From contig CBFHOE010000003.1 of NCBI GenBank assembly GCA_965657355.1, forward strand, positions 373,520 to 437,519: a stretch of DNA of 64,000 nucleotides. Direction: 5' to 3'. A program made the position numbers and the translations under genes. The stretch's first letter is position 1. Every line of letters begins with the position of its first letter. Origin of the DNA: Limisphaerales bacterium (GTDB taxonomy: Bacteria; Verrucomicrobiota; Verrucomicrobiia; Limisphaerales; JAJOIW01). This document shows, one piece after another, positions 58,678-64,000 of the stretch. The notes under the pieces are model-generated. The model saw only the letters and a list, made by a program, of their open reading frames with translations. It did no database searches and was not told the origin of the DNA.

Positions 58678-61266
58678 ATGAAGAATTTTCTATATAAATC
58701 ATTGCTGATCATATTAGCCGTCGTCCTTTCTCATTTTTCTGTCTCTGGTCAGCTGGTATCCAACTCGTCTGGTCAAATTGAGTGGGAGGAGATGCCTCCG
58801 ATTCCTGACGCCTTGGGTGTTGCTGGACCATTCTCCGGAATTTCTAATGATTTTCTCATAGTAGCAGGTGGAGCTAATTTTCCTCAGCCCGTTTGGGACA
58901 ATAACAAGCAGTGGGTAGATAAAATCTACATCATGGATCTGAAAGCCGAGAATCTTCAATGGATAGAATCCGGTCGCCTCCCGAATGCAACCGCATATGG
59001 TGCTAGTGTTTCTACCCCATTTGGTTTGTTTTGCTTTGGTGGGAATAATAGTAAGGATGTTTTTAAAAATGCATATGTTATTAATATTTTTCGACAAACG
59101 AACAAACCCGCTGAACTAATTATTGATTCCATTCCTTCTTTGCCGGAAACGAATGTTTACTCCCAAGCCGTCTTTTACGATAACAAAATTTACCTCGTTA
59201 CCGGACAAGCTGAGCAGGGTCTTGACTCTGCTCACAAATATTTTTGGAAACTTGATCTAACACCTCTTGCAGGAACTCCTTATAAGGACAGGAATTTTGA
59301 TGCATTAGTCTGGGAGAGTCTGGATGAATTTCCCGGCCTGCCTCGGGCTTTTGCTTTATCTACAATACAGCATGACGGATTTGACGATCACTTATTTTTA
59401 GCTAGCGGAAGAACACAAAATGGCGACGAGACTTTATTTCTTACTGATCATTGGAAATTCAATTTAAGAACTCAAAAATGGAAAAAGGTTTCGGACGTGC
59501 CCCAATGCGTTATGGCAGGTGTCAGCTTACCGGTCGGCCAGAGTCATTATTTAACTGTCGGTGGAGATACCGGAGAAAATTTTTTCAAAACCGATGACCT
59601 AAAAGATAATCATCCCGGATTTCCTCTCAAGTCATTTGCATACAATGCCATCACCGATACATGGTCGGAACACAGCGATATTCCTGTCAATCAGGTTACA
59701 ACCAAGGCGGTATCCTACAAGGGGTCCTACATTATTCCTTCCGGAGAAATAAGACCGCGCGTTAGAAGCCCCAAAGTGTGGCGTCTATCTATTGAAAATA
59801 AATCCTCAAATCTTGGATGGGTGAATTCTGTTGTCATAGTGATCTACTTAATAATTGTCTTAGGCGTCGGGTTCCGCTTCTCCAGGAACCACAAAAATAC
59901 AGATGATTATTTCACTGGAGGCAAACGGGTTGCTTGGTGGGTTGCTGGGTGCAGTGTTTTTGCCACAATGCTCAGCTCCTTGACATACACTGGAATACCC
60001 TCCAAGGCGTATGCTCAAAATTGGGTCTATGCCATTGCAAATTTCATGATACCAGTAGTAGCTATCTATGCTGTCTTTTTCGCTCTCCCATTCTTCAGGC
60101 GACTAAAATCGGCCAGTGCTTACGAATACCTGGAAAATCGATTCGATTATCGGCTTCGCCGTGTCGCTAGTGGCGTTTTTATACTTTATCATATATTTCG
60201 AATGGCTGTAGTGATGTCTCTCACTAGTTTGGCTTTGTCATTGGCCACTCCTTTGTCACCGCAGCAATCCATTGTTATCATGGGATTTCTTTGCATTGCC
60301 TATTCGGTGAGTGGGGGGCTGGAGGCCGTCGTTTGGACGGATACTGTTCAAACGGTGGTTCTACTCATTGGAGCAATCGCTGCTGTCATTTATCTTATTG
60401 CAGGCATTGACGGCGGATGGACAACTTTCACCACCATGGCAAGTGAAAGCGATAAATTCAAAATGGCCAACCTCCATTGGGATGCAACGCAATCTGCTGT
60501 TGCTTTTTGGGTCATTGTTCTTGGTTCTATAGGACAAAATATATCCTCTTATACTTCTGATCAGGCAGTCGTTCAAAGATACTTATCAACTCCGACCAAA
60601 AAAGATGCCGCCCAAGCAATCTGGTTAAATGCTGGACTCAGCATTTTTGCAACCCTTCTTTTCTTTGGTATTGGGTCCGGGTTGTTCGTCTTTTACAAAG
60701 TGAACCCGGATGCTTTAGACGTCGCCATAAACAATGATCAAATCTTCCCCTTCTTTATCATATCGACGATGCCCGTAGGAGTGGCTGGTTTGATCATTGC
60801 GGGATTATTTGCCGCTGCTCAATCTACAGTTTCCACAAGTATGAATTCTACTGCAACAGCGCTAATTACAGATTTTGCAAGCTCAAGAAAAGAAGCCAAA
60901 AATGACTTATTCAAAGCGAGGATAGCAACATTGGTTTTTGGTGTAATGGGCACCGCATTGGCTTTTCTTTTTATCTCACCTGAAATTCAGTCCCTTTTTG
61001 ATGCGTTTATTAAAGTCGTTGGTCTTTTTATGGGGACACTCGGAGGTTTATTTTTACTTGGTATGCTTACTAAATATGCCACGGGAAATGGAGCGTTATT
61101 AGGCACGTTGTTTTCATTGGTGATGTTAGTGGCCATATGGCAAAAGACTGATGTTCCGTCATTTTTGTATCCACTTCTGGGTGTTGTTATGTCCTTTTTA
61201 TCAGGTATGATTGCCAGCAAAATCTTGCCTCAGTCAGCAAATCTATCTAGTCATTCTGTCAAGTAG
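58678..61266 (+). CDS. Fusion of a Kelch beta-propeller (NanM mutarotase-like) and a sodium:solute symporter (SiaT-like)
   Basis: GVAGPFSG..LIVAGGANFP...SGEIRPRVRSP propeller; DYFTGG..W, SVFATMLSSLTY, SAYEYLENRF, GGLEAVVWTD, DQAVVQRY, FAAAQST. Confidence 0.88.
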   Translation: MKNFLYKSLLIILAVVLSHFSVSGQLVSNSSGQIEWEEMPPIPDALGVAGPFSGISNDFLIVAGGANFPQPVWDNNKQWVDKIYIMDLKAENLQWIESGRLPNATAYGASVSTPFGLFCFGGNNSKDVFKNAYVINIFRQTNKPAELIIDSIPSLPETNVYSQAVFYDNKIYLVTGQAEQGLDSAHKYFWKLDLTPLAGTPYKDRNFDALVWESLDEFPGLPRAFALSTIQHDGFDDHLFLASGRTQNGDETLFLTDHWKFNLRTQKWKKVSDVPQCVMAGVSLPVGQSHYLTVGGDTGENFFKTDDLKDNHPGFPLKSFAYNAITDTWSEHSDIPVNQVTTKAVSYKGSYIIPSGEIRPRVRSPKVWRLSIENKSSNLGWVNSVVIVIYLIIVLGVGFRFSRNHKNTDDYFTGGKRVAWWVAGCSVFATMLSSLTYTGIPSKAYAQNWVYAIANFMIPVVAIYAVFFALPFFRRLKSASAYEYLENRFDYRLRRVASGVFILYHIFRMAVVMSLTSLALSLATPLSPQQSIVIMGFLCIAYSVSGGLEAVVWTDTVQTVVLLIGAIAAVIYLIAGIDGGWTTFTTMASESDKFKMANLHWDATQSAVAFWVIVLGSIGQNISSYTSDQAVVQRYLSTPTKKDAAQAIWLNAGLSIFATLLFFGIGSGLFVFYKVNPDALDVAINNDQIFPFFIISTMPVGVAGLIIAGLFAAAQSTVSTSMNSTATALITDFASSRKEAKNDLFKARIATLVFGVMGTALAFLFISPEIQSLFDAFIKVVGLFMGTLGGLFLLGMLTKYATGNGALLGTLFSLVMLVAIWQKTDVPSFLYPLLGVVMSFLSGMIASKILPQSANLSSHSVK

Positions 61267-61335
61267 ATTTCCTTAAAAAAGAATGAGAAGAGGGCATTGA
61301 CCTCGAAAAGATTTTTATTAATCATTCCCATCCAA

Positions 61336-63360
61336 ATGTTATGGGAAGATGCTCTTAATCCTGCTCAGAGAGAAGCCGTTAAGCAAATTGATGGCCCGGT
61401 ATTGATTCTTGCAGGTGCAGGAACAGGCAAGACAAGGACACTGACGTGTCGAGTCGCTCACATGCTTAAAAAAGGAATCAAACCGGATTCTATTTTGTGT
61501 CTGACATTTAGCAATAAAGCTGCTAACGAAATGAGGGAAAGGGTTATTGGACTTATTGGTTCTGTCCGAAAAAAGTCAGCACGCCCCTATTTAAGCACAT
61601 TTCATTCATTTGGAGTGAAAATTCTTAAAGAATCAATCCATCATCTAGGGTATGGAAAGCAGTTTGTTATATACGACCAACCTGACCAATTGGGGCTCAT
61701 TAAAAGATTAATCGCTCAGTTTTCAGGTGAAGATTTACCGAAAGATCCCCCAGTTTTACTGGCTCTTGTCAGCAAATACCGAAATTGGAAAATCGCTCCA
61801 ACTGGTCAATTTCCAGACCATTGGGGCCCTGAATTAGATCGGGTTGCGACCAGGTATGAATCTGCTTTAAAGGCCGCCAATGCTTTGGACTTCGATGATT
61901 TGCTCATCCGGACCCTTGAATTGCTCAGAGACTACCCGGAGGTTTTAGAGAAATACCAAAAAAAGTTTCAATACTTGATGGTCGACGAATACCAGGATAC
62001 CAATAGAATTCAGCTTGAGTTGTTGCTTCTCCTCGCAAAGCATCATCAAAATATTTGTGTCGTGGGCGACGATGATCAGTCCATATATGGATGGCGTGGG
62101 GCTGAGATATCTAACCTTCTCAATTTGGAAGACCACTTTGACAATTTAAAGATCATTAAACTGGAACAAAATTATAGATCTACAAATATCATTCTCAAAT
62201 CAGCCAATGCCCTTATAAAAAATAATCCTAGGCGGCGTCCCAAGAACTTGTGGTCAGAAAATGGGGAAGGGGAGCCGATTTCTTTGTATTCATTTGAAAA
62301 CGATGAGAAGGAGGCACAATCTGTCGTCGATAAGATCGAATCGGACAGGATATTGAAAGGTATTCCATGGAAAGCTCAGGCCGTACTTTTTCGTACTAAT
62401 CAACAGAGCCGACAATTTGAACTCGCTTTCAGAAAAAGCAAAGTGACCTACGTTCTTATAGGTGGATTAAGTTTTTTTGATAGGAAGGAAATCAGGGATA
62501 CCCTTGCGTATTTAAAAGTTTTGATAAACCCAAAAGACGATACTAATTTGCTGAGAATATTTAATGTTCCTCCCAGAGGGGTTGGTGCGACATCTGTTCA
62601 AAAAATATTGGCTTTAGCTGAGGATAGATCCAAACCTGTATGGGAAGTTTTGAATCATACTGATGTTCTCGCAGCTCTCCAAAAAAAAACCTCTGTATCT
62701 GTAGAAAATTTTTATTCTTTGGTGGAAAATTACCGAGACAAATTGCAGGAGACAATGGGAACACCAAGCCCAATTCTTTTTGAGTTTTTCGATGAGATTG
62801 GATTTTTTGATGAGGTTAGAAAAATTGAAAAAGACGAGGAGGCTGGAGAGGCGCGAGAGCGAAACGTGAGAGAGCTTATTCAACAAGTAGATACCTTTGT
62901 CCCGGGCAATAAGAAATCTCACATGGACCGGTTATCCTCGTATATTTCTGATTTAACATTGGATGGGAGTAAATTCGGGAGTGGGGATGCGGGTGATCAA
63001 AGAGATGTGGTTACCCTCATTACAATGCACAGCTGTAAAGGTCTAGAGTATCCTTACGTATATATTGCCGGTTGTGAACACGGGATTCTACCCCACTCCA
63101 GATCATTAGAAGAAGGCTCCATAGATGAAGAACGTCGCTTGTTTTATGTCGCTTGTACGAGAGCACAAAAACACCTGTCGATTGGGTATTGCAGAGGTCG
63201 AATGAATAGAGGAAAAATTACGTCTCGCCATCCGAGCCCATTCATCAAAGAAATCCCAGAAGAGCTCATGGACAGAGTTGATCCCAATAAGTCTGAGCCG
63301 ATTACCAAAGAAGATTCTAGTAAATTTTTTGATTCTATTCGAAGTATGATTGATGAATGA
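61336..63360 (+). CDS. UvrD/Rep/PcrA-family DNA helicase
   Basis: LNPAQREAV, AGAGTGKT, TFHS, VDEYQDTN, VGDDDQSIYGWRGA, LEQNYRS, TMHSCKGLE, EERRLFYVACTRA; start uncertain (61297 or 61336). Confidence 0.95.
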   Translation: MLWEDALNPAQREAVKQIDGPVLILAGAGTGKTRTLTCRVAHMLKKGIKPDSILCLTFSNKAANEMRERVIGLIGSVRKKSARPYLSTFHSFGVKILKESIHHLGYGKQFVIYDQPDQLGLIKRLIAQFSGEDLPKDPPVLLALVSKYRNWKIAPTGQFPDHWGPELDRVATRYESALKAANALDFDDLLIRTLELLRDYPEVLEKYQKKFQYLMVDEYQDTNRIQLELLLLLAKHHQNICVVGDDDQSIYGWRGAEISNLLNLEDHFDNLKIIKLEQNYRSTNIILKSANALIKNNPRRRPKNLWSENGEGEPISLYSFENDEKEAQSVVDKIESDRILKGIPWKAQAVLFRTNQQSRQFELAFRKSKVTYVLIGGLSFFDRKEIRDTLAYLKVLINPKDDTNLLRIFNVPPRGVGATSVQKILALAEDRSKPVWEVLNHTDVLAALQKKTSVSVENFYSLVENYRDKLQETMGTPSPILFEFFDEIGFFDEVRKIEKDEEAGEARERNVRELIQQVDTFVPGNKKSHMDRLSSYISDLTLDGSKFGSGDAGDQRDVVTLITMHSCKGLEYPYVYIAGCEHGILPHSRSLEEGSIDEERRLFYVACTRAQKHLSIGYCRGRMNRGKITSRHPSPFIKEIPEELMDRVDPNKSEPITKEDSSKFFDSIRSMIDE

Positions 63361-63370
63361 CAAGTCATAT

Positions 63371-64000
63371 TTATCGGAAACTTATCGAAAAATCACTTTT
63401 GATTAATTTGGGCTCGTCGATTTGATACCCCAATTCGTTTTTAATCTTAAAAAATTTCGTTTCCCCCGAAACTGGGATTTCAATCTTTCTCTTTTTCCAA
63501 TCCAATTCAATCCTGTGAGATTGAGTGAAATGACCGTCTACAGTGTCAGAAATTAATATTTCGATTGGATGAATATTCTCGTCTATAATACCGACAACAT
63601 ATTCGATCCATTCCATTCGAGCTGGGATAGCCGTGGCAAAGAATTGGCTTTCATTAAAACCAAAATTTGCATTATTAAGAACCCATTTATTATTTCGAAA
63701 AATATAGAGTGAAGAGCCATTATATACCGAGGCATTAAAGGACAGGCTATTGGGATCGGATCGGTACGGTCCAGTAACGGCATAATTTATGCCAATCAAA
63801 TTCCACGCGTTTCCGAATTTTGAGAATATGCCTCCTCCAGAGTCTCCACTTGATAAAGTACATTCGTTTGGGTTTAAAAAATTGTTGAATCTGCATGCAA
63901 AGTTAAAAGCCTCTATTGAATCATGTTTTACGGGGTGATTTGAGGCATTGATGATAGCCGAAATTCGATTTGTTCCCCATCGCATTACTCGGTCAGCTTT
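63371..64000 (-). CDS. Trypsin-like serine protease C-terminal part with FYR-like tail (partial, runs off the window end)
   Basis: Frame is open to the window edge (KADRVMRWGTN); GDSGGG nucleophile motif, W.LIGIN; tail IEIPVSGETKFFKI. Confidence 0.75.
   Translation of the reverse strand, partial: KADRVMRWGTNRISAIINASNHPVKHDSIEAFNFACRFNNFLNPNECTLSSGDSGGGIFSKFGNAWNLIGINYAVTGPYRSDPNSLSFNASVYNGSSLYIFRNNKWVLNNANFGFNESQFFATAIPARMEWIEYVVGIIDENIHPIEILISDTVDGHFTQSHRIELDWKKRKIEIPVSGETKFFKIKNELGYQIDEPKLIKSDFSISFR

Noticed and set aside
1..64000. CRISPR array, cas genes, rRNA or intact IS/transposase
   Set aside because: No regularly spaced direct repeats, rRNA-like blocks or transposase motifs were seen

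Overview
A 64-kb bacterial chromosomal segment, inferred from gene content to be Verrucomicrobiota (PVC superphylum): it has a PEP-CTERM protein, a PVC-type CxxCH heme protein, a sulfatase, a Tat-exported Gfo/Idh/MocA enzyme and Ala(-1) pseudopilins. Housekeeping genes (hisA, tyrS, ffh, tRNA-Tyr, metY, infC, rnc, prfA, rpmE2, fabD-fabG-acpP-fabF, a uvrD/rep-like helicase) are interleaved with many envelope genes. These include an EPS export unit (beta-barrel C-terminus, Wzc-like BY-kinase, short OPX, FHA protein), two GspF/PilC paralogues, a gspF-H-I-J-K cluster, a strongly codon-biased secreted protein plus PEP-CTERM pair, and several secreted multidomain proteins. The two most unusual observations are: (1) a two-gene unit encoding an apparently exported dikinase with glucan-water-dikinase-like domain order (His-swivel domain before the ATP-grasp domain) and a coupled secreted partner; (2) a ~55-65 aa module (Y-x-V-x-x-S-x-D/N-L-x-x-W ... 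F-F/Y-R) recurring in five otherwise unrelated predicted exported proteins, which may be a surface-sorting or anchoring tag. A small decayed island follows tRNA-Tyr. No CRISPR array, rRNA or intact mobile element was seen. All calls are from motif recognition by eye; no searches were run.
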